Positions 38,514-48,963 of a stretch of DNA of 64,000 bases are shown piece after piece (within the stretch, counting starts at the first letter, position 1; every line of letters starts with the position of its first letter). The translations under genes and the position numbers were made by a program. A model generated the notes under the pieces. The model worked only from the letters and a program-made list of their open reading frames with translations. It was not told the origin of the DNA and did no database searches. Location of the stretch: assembly GCA_031366005.1 (NCBI GenBank), contig JANLZB010000029.1:24393-88392 (forward strand), given 5' to 3'. This DNA comes from Bacteroidota bacterium (lineage in GTDB: Bacteria > Bacteroidota > Bacteroidia > AKYH767-A > OLB10).

Positions 38514-39266
38514 TTATTTCTTTCTCTTATATCTACTAATAAAATTATACAAAGGTGTAAGAATGACAGCTGAAATCTTTGCAAAAAAATGAAGTATAGA
38601 TAAAGGGATAAATATTATGTAAAACCAAAAGGTAGACCTTCTAATCATTGGTTGAAGAGATAATGTAGCTAATACATTAGAACAAATCAATCTTTTTCTA
38701 TTCATGTATTCAGGTTTGATTATATCTAAAAGTAAAATATAGCGATCTTGATTAGTATGATTCCATCCTGAATGCTCATATCCATCACAAAATATCAGGA
38801 CTTTTCCTTCTTCCCAGGAGCGGGAAATACCATTTACTTTAAATCCAACAGTTGGCAGGTTATCAGGAATACTTAAGCCCAGATGCACTCTTACACTTGC
38901 ATTTGTTTCACCAAAATGGTGTTTGATTTCCGATTTTTTTTCCAGCAAATTAAAGGAAGCAGATACAAGGCCGGGAATCTGTTTTATAACTTCTGTTGTC
39001 ACAGGGAAATTACAAATGTTTTTATGAAATTCTAAACCCCAGGTCATGAGCGGCATCGTCTTCCACGAACCATGATAATTCACCATTTGCTTTTTAATAC
39101 CCGGAATGAATTGAGGATTTGATGATAAATGAGCGCCCAGTTCGTTCTTAATTTCTAACCAGTTATTCTCAATGGCTTCAGCCCAGACAAAATCCTCACT
39201 TCGGTAAAAAGCCGGTTCGTTTCCTCTATAGGCGTTGATATTAAATATAGAATACCAAATTTTCAT
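38514..39266 (-). CDS. Aspartyl/asparaginyl beta-hydroxylase (AspH/LpxO-like Fe(II)/2-OG dioxygenase) with a C-terminal membrane anchor
   Basis: Asp_Arg_Hydrox-like core (…HHFGETNASVRVHLGL…GYEHSGWNH…) and a hydrophobic C-terminal ~30 aa. Confidence 0.6.
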   Translation of the reverse strand: MKIWYSIFNINAYRGNEPAFYRSEDFVWAEAIENNWLEIKNELGAHLSSNPQFIPGIKKQMVNYHGSWKTMPLMTWGLEFHKNICNFPVTTEVIKQIPGLVSASFNLLEKKSEIKHHFGETNASVRVHLGLSIPDNLPTVGFKVNGISRSWEEGKVLIFCDGYEHSGWNHTNQDRYILLLDIIKPEYMNRKRLICSNVLATLSLQPMIRRSTFWFYIIFIPLSILHFFAKISAVILTPLYNFISRYKRKK

Positions 39267-39570
39267 GGTTGTATCCGCATCACCATTGGTTGGATTAAAA
39301 ATAGTATTTCAAAATTATATGTATGTATTCCCGTGAGGAGGTGTTACTCGTATTATTTTGTTTAAAAAACTAAGAGTAATTGGATGTCACGAATTTATCT
39401 TTCATCTATGCTTAGTTAATTTACCTACACTGTTTATTAGAAGCACTCCCGATAGTTATCGGGATGTTTGTTTACCTCTCAAAGCCCTTCTTTTTAAATT
39501 TCTTTTAATATTATTATGCGGTCGTGCTATTGTTCGTTCCGAGTTCGTCTGCCCGAAGTTCGCAAACTGC

Positions 39571-40233
39571 TTATTCATTGTTAGTATTTGTTTTAGTGGT
39601 GAAGCAAATTATCCAATAATAAGTCAAGTTGAACAATTTAAACTCACCTCCAATGTCTTTAAGTTTCTGTTGTAAAAATATTTCTGTCGGGAAGTTTTTC
39701 AAAACTAAATGTGTTGTATTGTCTTCAAGTTTTCTTGTCTGAAAACTGTTGCCATGTTCGTCTCTTTCTGTAATTGGATGATTACTCCCTTCAACAAAAT
39801 TGTTGTCCATAAAAACTACTATGCCGCCAGGAGATACCAAACTGTTTACAATTGAAAGAAATTTGTCAAGATCTTGCAGTAAAATATGACTCCAAATAAA
39901 ACCGCCAAACAAACTTTCAAATTTATTACGGTCAGAAAAATTATAAATGTCAGCAATTCCAAATGAAACTTGTTTGCTTGAGAAATCTTTTTTCTTAGCA
40001 ATATTAATAACCGATTCATTGATGTCGATCGCAAAAATAGAAGTTGTCGTTGCTGCAATTTTCTCTGTCCAATAACCCGTTCCACAAGCAATTTCTAAAA
40101 CTTGTTTGTCGGCAAAAATTTCCTGCAAAATAGTTGCTGCAATTTTCAAGTCCTCTTGTCGTTCAGGTTTGGAATATATTTTCTCATATTCCTTTGCTCT
40201 GTCTTTGTAGTATGAAACTATGTCGGTATTCAT
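39571..40233 (-). CDS. Class I SAM-dependent methyltransferase
   Basis: Motif I VLEIACGTGYWT and motif II/post-I (IFAIDINE). Confidence 0.8.
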   Translation of the reverse strand: MNTDIVSYYKDRAKEYEKIYSKPERQEDLKIAATILQEIFADKQVLEIACGTGYWTEKIAATTTSIFAIDINESVINIAKKKDFSSKQVSFGIADIYNFSDRNKFESLFGGFIWSHILLQDLDKFLSIVNSLVSPGGIVVFMDNNFVEGSNHPITERDEHGNSFQTRKLEDNTTHLVLKNFPTEIFLQQKLKDIGGEFKLFNLTYYWIICFTTKTNTNNE

Positions 40234-40342
40234 TTTGTCGTCTGTCTATTTCTGTTTGTTTCTTGCAGTCAGTTTGATGTTAGCAGTGTCGCCATAGCAT
40301 GCAGAAATCAATTAAATATAAGCATGTTTTCACTCAAAACCT

Positions 40343-40392
40343 TCCGAATATTTCCCGAATATCAGTATTCGGTACGTTTCAGGAAATATTCG
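40343..40392. promoter_or_regulatory. Cluster of CCGAATAT / ATATTCGG half-sites (two direct copies followed by two inverted copies), a candidate operator upstream of the glycan locus
   Basis: ttCCGAATATttCCCGAATATcagtATTCGGtacgtttcaggaaATATTCGGtaag. It lies 265 nt upstream of the epimerase start, in the divergent region shared with the methyltransferase/AspH pair. Confidence 0.35.
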
Positions 40393-40656
40393 GTAAGTCC
40401 CCTTTTTCTAAATCCCCACCTCCAAAAAAACCCCTACTTCCAATCCACTTCTTCAATTCCAATTGCATAACGTCCTTTCTGCGTTTATCTTAATTTTGCC
40501 CACATATATTTGACGCACCATCGCATCGCAAGCACACACTTTTAATGCACATACCGGTCTCTGTATTACCAGCTTATCAGGTTTTTAAAAATATCTGAAA
40601 AAAAACAAAACAATTTTTAATAATCCACGTATATCCACATTCATAAATAAAAATAA

Positions 40657-41583
40657 ATGCAAAAAATTTTAGTTACCGGAGGAGCCGGTTTTATAGGATC
40701 AGCAGTTATTGACAAGCTGCAACGAGAGGGAAAAGAAATCTTTGTTATTGATAACTTATCATTTGGAAATAGAAAATTTATCCAGCTTGATGATGATCAT
40801 TTTTATCAAACAGATATTTTAAATAAACCGGAGATAGATAAAATAATTGACTCCATTCAGCCGGAGATTATCATTCACCTTGCTGCAATACATTTTATCC
40901 CGTATTGCAATCAGCATCCTTATGAGTCAAGCAATGTTAACATCCTTGGCACCACGCATATCCTTGATGCAGCCAAACGCAATAAGGTAAAACAATTTTT
41001 CTTCGCCTCCACCGCTGCCGTTTATCCCATTTATGATGGAGCAGTCAGCGAAACCCATCCCACAGGTCCAATGGATATTTACGGATTAAGCAAATTAGTG
41101 GGCGAGCATTTATGTAATGAGTTTCACCTACTATCCGGAATCCCCACCATCGTTTGCCGTTTCTTCAATGCCTTTGGTCCTAATGAAACCAACGCGCATT
41201 TAATTCCTGAAATACAAAAGCAGGTCAACAACGGCTTGCGTAAAATTCAATTGGGCAACCTCACTCCTAAAAGAGATTTTATTCATACCTCTGATATGGC
41301 AAATGCAGTTCATGTACTGTTAAATAAAGTAACATCCGGCATTCATACTTATAACCTGGGCAGAGGCATCGAGTATTCAGTTACAGATATTGTTGATTCT
41401 TTCTCGCGCCAGACAGGTGAGAAAATAGAAATAGAAGTGGATCCTGCGCGTGTGCGTAAAGTAGAGCGCATGCACTTGCTTGCTGATGTGAGTAAATTAA
41501 AAAGTATTGGCTGGCAGCCTTTGGTTAATATTGACCAGGGTATAAAAACTTTAGTGGAAGAATGGCAGGACCAAAGCAAGTAG
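40657..41583 (+). CDS. NAD-dependent sugar epimerase/dehydratase (SDR family; UDP-sugar 4-epimerase-like)
   Basis: Rossmann motif VTGGAGFIGS and the catalytic YxxxK (YGLSKLVGE). Confidence 0.88.
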   Translation: MQKILVTGGAGFIGSAVIDKLQREGKEIFVIDNLSFGNRKFIQLDDDHFYQTDILNKPEIDKIIDSIQPEIIIHLAAIHFIPYCNQHPYESSNVNILGTTHILDAAKRNKVKQFFFASTAAVYPIYDGAVSETHPTGPMDIYGLSKLVGEHLCNEFHLLSGIPTIVCRFFNAFGPNETNAHLIPEIQKQVNNGLRKIQLGNLTPKRDFIHTSDMANAVHVLLNKVTSGIHTYNLGRGIEYSVTDIVDSFSRQTGEKIEIEVDPARVRKVERMHLLADVSKLKSIGWQPLVNIDQGIKTLVEEWQDQSK

Positions 41584-42680
41584 TTTTTTGTACTGATGGC
41601 ATTTTTCCGCACGCTGTCGGAGGGATGCAGCGCCATTCAGCATTACTTATCCAAGAGTTGTCGCGCCTTAATAAGTACGAGATCATTGTCATTCATCCGC
41701 ATGATAAAAAAGTTTTCAGTCCTGAACTTAATGTTAAGGAGATTGCTTTGAATTTTCCCGTTAACGGAAATTATATTTACTGGTGTTATCAGTATTCAAA
41801 AAAAGTATTTGAGCAGTTGCAGTCTTATCCTCGTGCTGTTATTTATGCGCAGGGGCTTTCAATGTGGCATGGAATAAAAAAAATTGGCAACCGTGTAATT
41901 GTTAATCCTCATGGGTTAGAACCTTTTCAGACGTTCACTGTAAAAGAAAAATTAATAACGGCACCCTTCCGTAAAATTGAACGCTATCTGTTTAAACATG
42001 CGGCAAAGGTGGTTTCCTTAGGAGGCAGATTAACCGATATACTTAAAAAAGAAATTCCCAATTCGCGTAATAAGATTGTGGTGTTGCCCAATGCGGTTAA
42101 TCCTTGTAATTATATCAAACGCAATTTTAAGGATGATAAAATTCAACTCTTGTATGTAGGTCGCTTTGCTTTTAATAAAGGAATAAATATTTTATTGGAA
42201 GCAGTAAGACAATTAAACAATGAAGGGTATCAGAACAAGCTGCAGTTTAATATTGTTGGCAAAGGTCCATTGTATGATGCCTATACAAAACAATATTCGT
42301 TTTCCAATGTAAATTTTATTGGCTTTGCCGCTGATGATTTCCTTCAGCAGCTCTATCGTGAAAATGATCTCTTTGTGTTTCCAACTTTGTTTGAAGGTAT
42401 GCCCACTGTGGTGTTGGAAGCGATGGCAAATGCAATGCCTGTCATCGTGAGCGATACAGGAGCAACCGCTGAATTAGTGAATCAGGATAACGGCTACCTC
42501 ATTGAAAGCAACAATGTGCGTGCATTAAAATGCGCCATCCAAAGTTTTTTTCAACTCAATGCTGCTGACCGTTCAAAGCGCTCTGAAAATTCTTATCAAA
42601 AGCTGATGGCTAATTTTACCTGGCAGGTTGTGGCTGAAAAACATGCTGCATTATTTGATACTTTTAATCACCACGCATGA
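41562..42680 (+). CDS. Glycosyltransferase family 4 (GT-B fold)
   Basis: C-terminal GT1/GT4 motif (FPTLFEGMPTVVLEAMANAMPVIVSD) with the E-x7-E signature. Its start overlaps the epimerase gene. Confidence 0.85.
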   Translation: MAGPKQVVFCTDGIFPHAVGGMQRHSALLIQELSRLNKYEIIVIHPHDKKVFSPELNVKEIALNFPVNGNYIYWCYQYSKKVFEQLQSYPRAVIYAQGLSMWHGIKKIGNRVIVNPHGLEPFQTFTVKEKLITAPFRKIERYLFKHAAKVVSLGGRLTDILKKEIPNSRNKIVVLPNAVNPCNYIKRNFKDDKIQLLYVGRFAFNKGINILLEAVRQLNNEGYQNKLQFNIVGKGPLYDAYTKQYSFSNVNFIGFAADDFLQQLYRENDLFVFPTLFEGMPTVVLEAMANAMPVIVSDTGATAELVNQDNGYLIESNNVRALKCAIQSFFQLNAADRSKRSENSYQKLMANFTWQVVAEKHAALFDTFNHHA

Positions 42681-43987
42681 TTTCATTTATTAAAAAAAAC
42701 GCACAGTTTATTTTAATGTTAATGGTGTGGATTGTTGTAGGAATGTTTGTAAAGGAAACTGCGTTCGTGCTCGTTCCGCTCAGCTTTATGATATTAAAAA
42801 GTAAGAATCGTTACACTGAAATAATTCTTGCTTTTGCTTTAATTCTTTTTCTGTCAGATAACAGGCACCACATGCTTGCTGATATTGCAAACGAAACACG
42901 CGACATGTCAATCGTGCTGCTATCCCTGTTTGTTTTTTTTGATTCAAAACAATTTCCGGTAAAAAGCAGGTTGTTTATGCCTTTCATTCTTTTTCTCTCA
43001 ATGGCACTTTTTCTTGTCCTGAGAAATCCTAATCCGCTTAATTCATTTATGAGAACGGTTTCTTATGGATTGATGCTGTTAACTATTCCAAGTTATTTTA
43101 TCAAAGAATTAAATCGTGACGCAAAAGATTTTCTATGGAATATTGTTTGGTTTTGCGTGCTATTCCTCACCATTGGACTTATTATGATATTGCTGGTGAA
43201 TAATTGGGTATTTATTGGAGGACGTTACAACGGATTATTTGGAAATCCTAATGGTGTCGGAATCATGTGTACGCTTTTAACCATTCTCATTGCTGTTACC
43301 AGGCATCATTTCCCTGATATCTTTAGCCGCACAGAGTTATATTTTATTTATGCAGTCATTATAACCTCCATATTATTATCCAGTTCACGCAACTGTATTT
43401 TTTCCCTGATGATATTTTTATTCTTTATGCGTTTTTATAAAATATCTTATCTGTATGGTTTTATAATTGTGATAGTGGTTGCCGTTGTCTTTCAATTCAT
43501 AAATGAAAACCTGATTTTCATAATCGACTCCTTAGGGCTTGGTTCATATTTTCGGGTTGAACATTTAGATGACGGCTCAGGCAGATTGGTAGCATGGACA
43601 TTTGCGTGGGAGGAGATTCAAAGAAATTTTTACGCGGGAAGGGGTTTTGGTTTTGATAAATATTATTTTGAATTACACAAAGATTATCTATCATCATTGG
43701 GTCACCAGGGTGGTGTACACAACAGCTATCTCACCATTTGGATGAACACTGGTTTAATAGGTTTGATTCTTTTTATCATTGCTTACTTCCGTATTTTTTT
43801 CAAAGCTGCCACAATAAATTATCTTGCTATTCCCGCCATGTTTGCCATCATGTTTTCCATCAGTTTTGAATCATGGGCTGCATCCTCTTTAAGTCCGTTC
43901 ACTATAATTTTTCTTCTCATCATTACTTTATTGCAATATCAAAAAAATGAATCTCCAGCGCAAGAAGCTCTTGTTCCTTTACAATGA
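42677..43987 (+). CDS. wzy: O-antigen polymerase/ligase-family membrane protein (Wzy-like)
   Basis: About 10-12 transmembrane helices with a large periplasmic loop, located in a glycan cluster. ATGA overlap with the upstream glycosyltransferase gene. Confidence 0.6.
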   Translation: MISFIKKNAQFILMLMVWIVVGMFVKETAFVLVPLSFMILKSKNRYTEIILAFALILFLSDNRHHMLADIANETRDMSIVLLSLFVFFDSKQFPVKSRLFMPFILFLSMALFLVLRNPNPLNSFMRTVSYGLMLLTIPSYFIKELNRDAKDFLWNIVWFCVLFLTIGLIMILLVNNWVFIGGRYNGLFGNPNGVGIMCTLLTILIAVTRHHFPDIFSRTELYFIYAVIITSILLSSSRNCIFSLMIFLFFMRFYKISYLYGFIIVIVVAVVFQFINENLIFIIDSLGLGSYFRVEHLDDGSGRLVAWTFAWEEIQRNFYAGRGFGFDKYYFELHKDYLSSLGHQGGVHNSYLTIWMNTGLIGLILFIIAYFRIFFKAATINYLAIPAMFAIMFSISFESWAASSLSPFTIIFLLIITLLQYQKNESPAQEALVPLQ

Positions 43988-45014
43988 ACTGGCAGGTTAT
44001 TTCCTCGCATGTATTGATAAACTGTCAATGCTTCATGATGTGGATATTCATATCGTAAGATATCCGCTTAATCCGGTTGCACCATTTGAATTTAAGTTTA
44101 ACAATCATGTTAAATATTACGAACGAAAAGAGTATAACCGTACACAATTAATCGCATTAGCGAAAGAAATTAATCCTGATTTTATTTATACGGGAGGTTG
44201 GATGGATAAAGATTACATTGCAGTAAGCAAAAGTTTTAAAAATATTCCAATCGTTCTTACTTGCGATATGCCGTGGCTCGGTACTGCGAGACAAAAATTA
44301 GCATCCGTACTCGGACCATTATATCTGCCACGCATATTTACGCATTGCTGGGTACCCGGTGAGCCCAATGCTTTTTATGCAAGAAAACTTGGGTTCAAAG
44401 GCAATCGTTTATTAATGGGAGTGTATTCTGCCGATTATGATTTGTTTCATAATTATTATTTGCAGCATCGCGAAGCAAAGCAAAAACAATTTCCAAAACG
44501 GTTTATTTATGTAGGAAGATATGCAGAGTTAAAAGGTGTGCGCGAATTGTGGAAAGCATTTATGCAATTACAGAATGAGCAGCCCAATGAATGGGAATTA
44601 TGGTGTCTGGGTAAAGGAGATTTTGATGCTGAATTTCCTATAAACGAAAAGATTAAGAACTTTGGCTTTGTGCAACCCAAAGACTTAAATAAATTTATTG
44701 AGCAAACTGGCGTATTTATTTTTCCAACATACTATGAGCATTGGGGTGTAGTTGTTCATGAGTTTGCTGCTGCAGGTTTTCCGTTAGTGTGCAGTACTAC
44801 TACCAGCGCTGCAACCACTTTTCTCCGCGAAGCGTATAATGGTTATTATACAAAGCCAAGAGAGGTCTCGTCCATAGTAGATGCGATGAAAAAAATTATT
44901 GCAATGGATAACCAAGCGTTGTTTGAAATGGGAGAGCGCAGCGTTGAACTCTCCAGGCAAATTACTCCTGAAACATGGAGCAGTATCATTATGAATCTGG
45001 CGAATAAAAATTAA
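43947..45014 (+). CDS. Glycosyltransferase family 4
   Basis: FPTYYEHWGVVVHEFAAAGFPLVCS, the E-x7-E GT4 motif. Confidence 0.8.
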   Translation: MNLQRKKLLFLYNELAGYFLACIDKLSMLHDVDIHIVRYPLNPVAPFEFKFNNHVKYYERKEYNRTQLIALAKEINPDFIYTGGWMDKDYIAVSKSFKNIPIVLTCDMPWLGTARQKLASVLGPLYLPRIFTHCWVPGEPNAFYARKLGFKGNRLLMGVYSADYDLFHNYYLQHREAKQKQFPKRFIYVGRYAELKGVRELWKAFMQLQNEQPNEWELWCLGKGDFDAEFPINEKIKNFGFVQPKDLNKFIEQTGVFIFPTYYEHWGVVVHEFAAAGFPLVCSTTTSAATTFLREAYNGYYTKPREVSSIVDAMKKIIAMDNQALFEMGERSVELSRQITPETWSSIIMNLANKN

Positions 45015-45017
45015 AAC

Positions 45018-46889
45018 ATGTGTGGCATTTGCGGAATTTACGGATTGAATAAAGCGGAATCAACACCAATGGTTCAGAAGATGAATGATTGCATTGCACA
45101 TCGCGGACCTGATGATGATGGTTTTTATGTGGATGATAAAGTTGCACTCGGCCATCGCAGGCTTGCCATTATTGATTTAAGTCCGGCAGGTCATCAACCG
45201 ATGCAGGATGCTTCGCAGGATCTGGAATTAATTTTCAATGGTGAGATTTATAATTTTCTTGAGGTACAACCTCTAATTAATGATTACCCTTTTAAAACTA
45301 AAAGTGATTCGGAAGTTATACTTGCTTCTTATAAAAAATGGGGAGCGGATTGTGTGCATCAGTTCAATGGAATGTTTGCATTTGCAATATGGGATAAAAA
45401 GAAAGAAGAGTTGTTTATTGCACGCGATCGTTTAGGCATTAAGCCACTATATTATTATCAAAAAGATAATGTTTTTTTGTTTGCTTCTGAAGTTCGTGCA
45501 TTACTTGCTACAGGATTAGTTCCTCGTAAAATAAACCAACATGCACTGGCTGATTATTTCACTTATCAAACTGTGCATGCTCCGCAAACTTTAATTGAAG
45601 GTGTGCAGATGCTGATGCCCGGTCATCATATTATTATCAATAAAGGTGGAGTAAAAATTGAGCAATACTGGAGTCCGCAGAAAAACTTTACGGATGATTC
45701 AAAAAGCAAATCATACAATGAAGTTTGTGATGATGTGTATGAGTTATTGAAAGCATCTGTGAAAAGGAGATTGATAAGTGATGTTCCTTTCGGAGCATTT
45801 CTTTCAGGAGGAATTGATTCAAGCGCAGTGGTTGGATTGATGAGTGAAGCACAACAGCAACCTGTAAAAACATTTACCATCGTTTTTGGTGAGAAAGAAT
45901 TCAGCGAAGCTCAATATGCACGTGTTATTGCAGATAAATTTAAAACGGATCATCATGAGTTTCATCTTAGCCCTAAAGATTTTTTAGATGATTTGCCTCA
46001 TGCGTTAAATGCATTGGATCATCCAAGTGGGGACGGACCAAATTCTTTTATCGTATCACGCATCACACGTGAAAATGGAATCACAATGGCCTTATCAGGT
46101 TTAGGTGGTGATGAATTGTTTGCAGGCTATCCTGTGTTCAACCGTTATTTAAAATTAAAAGATAAAGAATGGTTGTGGAGAACACCCGAAGCAATCAGAA
46201 AACTGGCTGGTGTCGCACTCGCAACTGCCAAACCCGGTATCACATCCAATAAAGTAAAACAGTTTTTAGAATTGGAGAATGTAGATCTTGCAAATTCATT
46301 TCCTGTTTTTCGCCAGGTAGGAAATCCTTCTGCACTTGCAGCATTACTTAATCTGAAAAAATTACCTGCTGATCAGATTCAACGAATTTTAAAAACAGAG
46401 TTGAATGGAAAGGCATCATCGCTTCCGTTACTTAGCCAGGTAAGCATTGCGGAGATTACCACTTACATGCAAAATGTTTTGTTACGTGATACTGATCAGA
46501 TGAGTATGGCTGTTGCTTTGGAAGTGCGTGTTCCGTTTTTAGATTATAAGTTAGTGGAATATGTTTTAGGAATTCCCGATCAGTATAAGAAACCAATCTA
46601 TCCGAAAAAATTGTTGGTAGATAGTCTCAAAGGTTTGTTGCCCGATGAAATTGTTCATCGTAAAAAAATGGGGTTCGTGTTTCCCTGGGAAGTGTGGCTG
46701 AAAAACGAATTGCGTGATTTTTGTGAAGAGCGCATCAATCAATTATCAAAAAGAAATTTTATTAATGGAAAACATTTGCAAAATCAATGGATTAAATTTT
46801 TGCAGGGAGATAAGAACATTCGCTGGTTAGATATGTGGTTATGTGTAGTGCTTGAAGACTGGATGGAAAAAAACAGGGTTGTAGAATAA
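45018..46889 (+). CDS. asnB: Asparagine synthase (glutamine-hydrolysing)-family amidotransferase (WbpS-like, glycan-associated)
   Basis: N-terminal nucleophile MCGICG and the PP-loop SGGIDSS. 623 aa. Confidence 0.88.
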   Translation: MCGICGIYGLNKAESTPMVQKMNDCIAHRGPDDDGFYVDDKVALGHRRLAIIDLSPAGHQPMQDASQDLELIFNGEIYNFLEVQPLINDYPFKTKSDSEVILASYKKWGADCVHQFNGMFAFAIWDKKKEELFIARDRLGIKPLYYYQKDNVFLFASEVRALLATGLVPRKINQHALADYFTYQTVHAPQTLIEGVQMLMPGHHIIINKGGVKIEQYWSPQKNFTDDSKSKSYNEVCDDVYELLKASVKRRLISDVPFGAFLSGGIDSSAVVGLMSEAQQQPVKTFTIVFGEKEFSEAQYARVIADKFKTDHHEFHLSPKDFLDDLPHALNALDHPSGDGPNSFIVSRITRENGITMALSGLGGDELFAGYPVFNRYLKLKDKEWLWRTPEAIRKLAGVALATAKPGITSNKVKQFLELENVDLANSFPVFRQVGNPSALAALLNLKKLPADQIQRILKTELNGKASSLPLLSQVSIAEITTYMQNVLLRDTDQMSMAVALEVRVPFLDYKLVEYVLGIPDQYKKPIYPKKLLVDSLKGLLPDEIVHRKKMGFVFPWEVWLKNELRDFCEERINQLSKRNFINGKHLQNQWIKFLQGDKNIRWLDMWLCVVLEDWMEKNRVVE

Positions 46890-48046
46890 TGAACGAAAAA
46901 CGCAGAAAAAAAATTGTGGTATTAATTGACTGGTATCTTCCCGGATATAAGGCAGGTGGCCCGATTCAATCAGTTGCAAACATGGTTGTCAGGTTAAAAG
47001 AAGATTTTGAATTTGTAATCATTACCGGTGATACTGACGAAAGTGAAACCACTCCTTATACAACTGTAAAAAGCGATGCATGGAACACATTGTCTGATGG
47101 CACACGGGTTTATTATTTCTCAAAGAATGGCAGAAAATTCGGCACACTAAAAAAGATTATGCTGAAGGAACAGGCTGATGTATTTTATCTCAACAGTTTA
47201 TTCTCTGTTTTTTTTACTATGTATCCACTGATAATCAGGAAATATTTTATGCCTGCGCGAAAAATAATTTTGGCTTGCCGTGGCATGTTGGGTAAAGGAG
47301 CATTGGATATCAAATCAGGAAAGAAAAAATTGTTTTTATCTACTGCACGTTTAATAGGTTTATATAAAAATGTTAACTGGCATGCTTCTACAGAAATAGA
47401 AGCCAAAGAAATTGCATTGAATTTCGGAAAGCATCAAAAAGTTTCAGTCGCCACCAATCTCACTGCTTTAAAATCCTGTCCATCATTTGATAGGAAAAAA
47501 GAAGTTGGTAAAGTATGTTTTGTGTATTTATCACGAATCTCGCCAATCAAAAATCTGCTTGCAAGCATTCATGCAATTTTAAAATTACCCGACACTTATC
47601 AGGTGGAGTTTGATATCTATGGACCCATTGATGATATTTCCTATTGGGAAAAGTGCAAACTTGCAATTTCAAAAACCCCTCCGCACATTAAAATAAATTA
47701 TAAGGGCGCAATTGCTAACAGTGAGGCGATAAAAGTGCTGGAAAGCTATCATTTTGTTTTGTTGCAGACACACCATGAAAATTTCTGTCACTCTATAATT
47801 GAAAGCATGGCTGCAGGTTGTGTGACTGTTATTACTGACCAAACACCGTGGCGAAATCTTACAGCAGTTAAAGCGGGTTGGGATCTTCCGCTCAATGATG
47901 AACCTGCATTATTAGAAACATTAAAAATCTGTTGCGAAATGGATCAGGAAACTTTTAATGAATGGAGTAAAGCGGCTTTTAACTTTGCCGAAAAAGTAAT
48001 TAATAATCCCCAGCTGATAGAAGACAACAAAAGATTGTTTGCTTGA
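46889..48046 (+). CDS. Glycosyltransferase (GT4-like, GT-B fold)
   Basis: Capsule-locus-type glycosyltransferase with a C-terminal E-x7-E-like region (HHENFCHSIIESMAAGCVTVITD). ATGA overlap with asnB. Confidence 0.65.
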   Translation: MNEKRRKKIVVLIDWYLPGYKAGGPIQSVANMVVRLKEDFEFVIITGDTDESETTPYTTVKSDAWNTLSDGTRVYYFSKNGRKFGTLKKIMLKEQADVFYLNSLFSVFFTMYPLIIRKYFMPARKIILACRGMLGKGALDIKSGKKKLFLSTARLIGLYKNVNWHASTEIEAKEIALNFGKHQKVSVATNLTALKSCPSFDRKKEVGKVCFVYLSRISPIKNLLASIHAILKLPDTYQVEFDIYGPIDDISYWEKCKLAISKTPPHIKINYKGAIANSEAIKVLESYHFVLLQTHHENFCHSIIESMAAGCVTVITDQTPWRNLTAVKAGWDLPLNDEPALLETLKICCEMDQETFNEWSKAAFNFAEKVINNPQLIEDNKRLFA

Positions 48047-48128
48047 GGAACCTCTATCTTTACATACTGCAACTTTACAGACTGAAAGACGTATAAAAAA
48101 ACTGCCGCAGAAAAACGATTATTTACAC

Positions 48129-48902
48129 ATGAAAGTTTCCATAATTACAATTACTTACAACAGTGCACAAACAGTGGAAGATACCATTAAAACAGTGGTA
48201 TCTCAGGATTATCCTGATATAGAATATTTAATCATTGACGGTAAATCAAAGGACAGGACGCTTGAAATCGCAGCGAAATTTCAAAACAAAATTTCAAAAA
48301 TTGTTTCTGAAAAAGACAAAGGACTTTATGATGCACTAAACAAAGGCATTGCACATGCTACAGGTGATATAATCGGTATGTTGCACAGCGATGATTTATA
48401 TGCACACAATCAGGTAATCAGTAAAGTGGTTCAGAAATTTAAGGAAGATGCGAACCTTGAAGGGGTGTATGCAGATCTTGTTTTTGTAAATCGTAAAGAC
48501 ATAAATAAACCAATGCGGGTTTGGGAATCCGGTGAATATGAAGAAGGCGCTTTTTTAAAAGGGTGGATGCCTCCTCATCCTACTTTCTTTGTGAAAAAAG
48601 AAGTGTATGAAAAATTTGGAGGATTTAATACCGGACTTAAACTTTCAGCTGACTATGAGTTGATGCTGCGTTTGATTCATAAGAACGGAATTAAAATCGC
48701 TTATTTAAAAGATACCATTGTAAAAATGCGTATGGGTGGCGTGAGCAACGTGAGCATATTTGTTAAAATAAAAGCAAATCTTGAAGACAAGCTCGCATGG
48801 AAATTAAATGGAATTAATCCCGGTATTGCCACCACATTATTAAAGCCATTGAAAAAAATAAAACAGTATTTCAAACGGGCTTATGCGACAGTTTTTATGT
48901 AA
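48129..48902 (+). CDS. Glycosyltransferase family 2
   Basis: MKVSIITITYNSAQTVEDTI...YLIIDGKSKD, i.e. the GT-A DxD region. The start was moved to the internal Met at 48129. Confidence 0.85.
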   Translation: MKVSIITITYNSAQTVEDTIKTVVSQDYPDIEYLIIDGKSKDRTLEIAAKFQNKISKIVSEKDKGLYDALNKGIAHATGDIIGMLHSDDLYAHNQVISKVVQKFKEDANLEGVYADLVFVNRKDINKPMRVWESGEYEEGAFLKGWMPPHPTFFVKKEVYEKFGGFNTGLKLSADYELMLRLIHKNGIKIAYLKDTIVKMRMGGVSNVSIFVKIKANLEDKLAWKLNGINPGIATTLLKPLKKIKQYFKRAYATVFM

Positions 48903-48963
48903 AGGATTAATTTTATCGTTTTGCAAATTTTTATCTTAAGATTTAAAAATTCCTATTAATAAA

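Noticed and set aside
38388-38573. 61-aa ORF in the M48-AspH intergenic region, and the similar small ORFs at 39358-39675 and 40299-40493
   Set aside because: Short, AT-rich and low-complexity, with no ribosome-binding or start context and no motifs. They are treated as intergenic.
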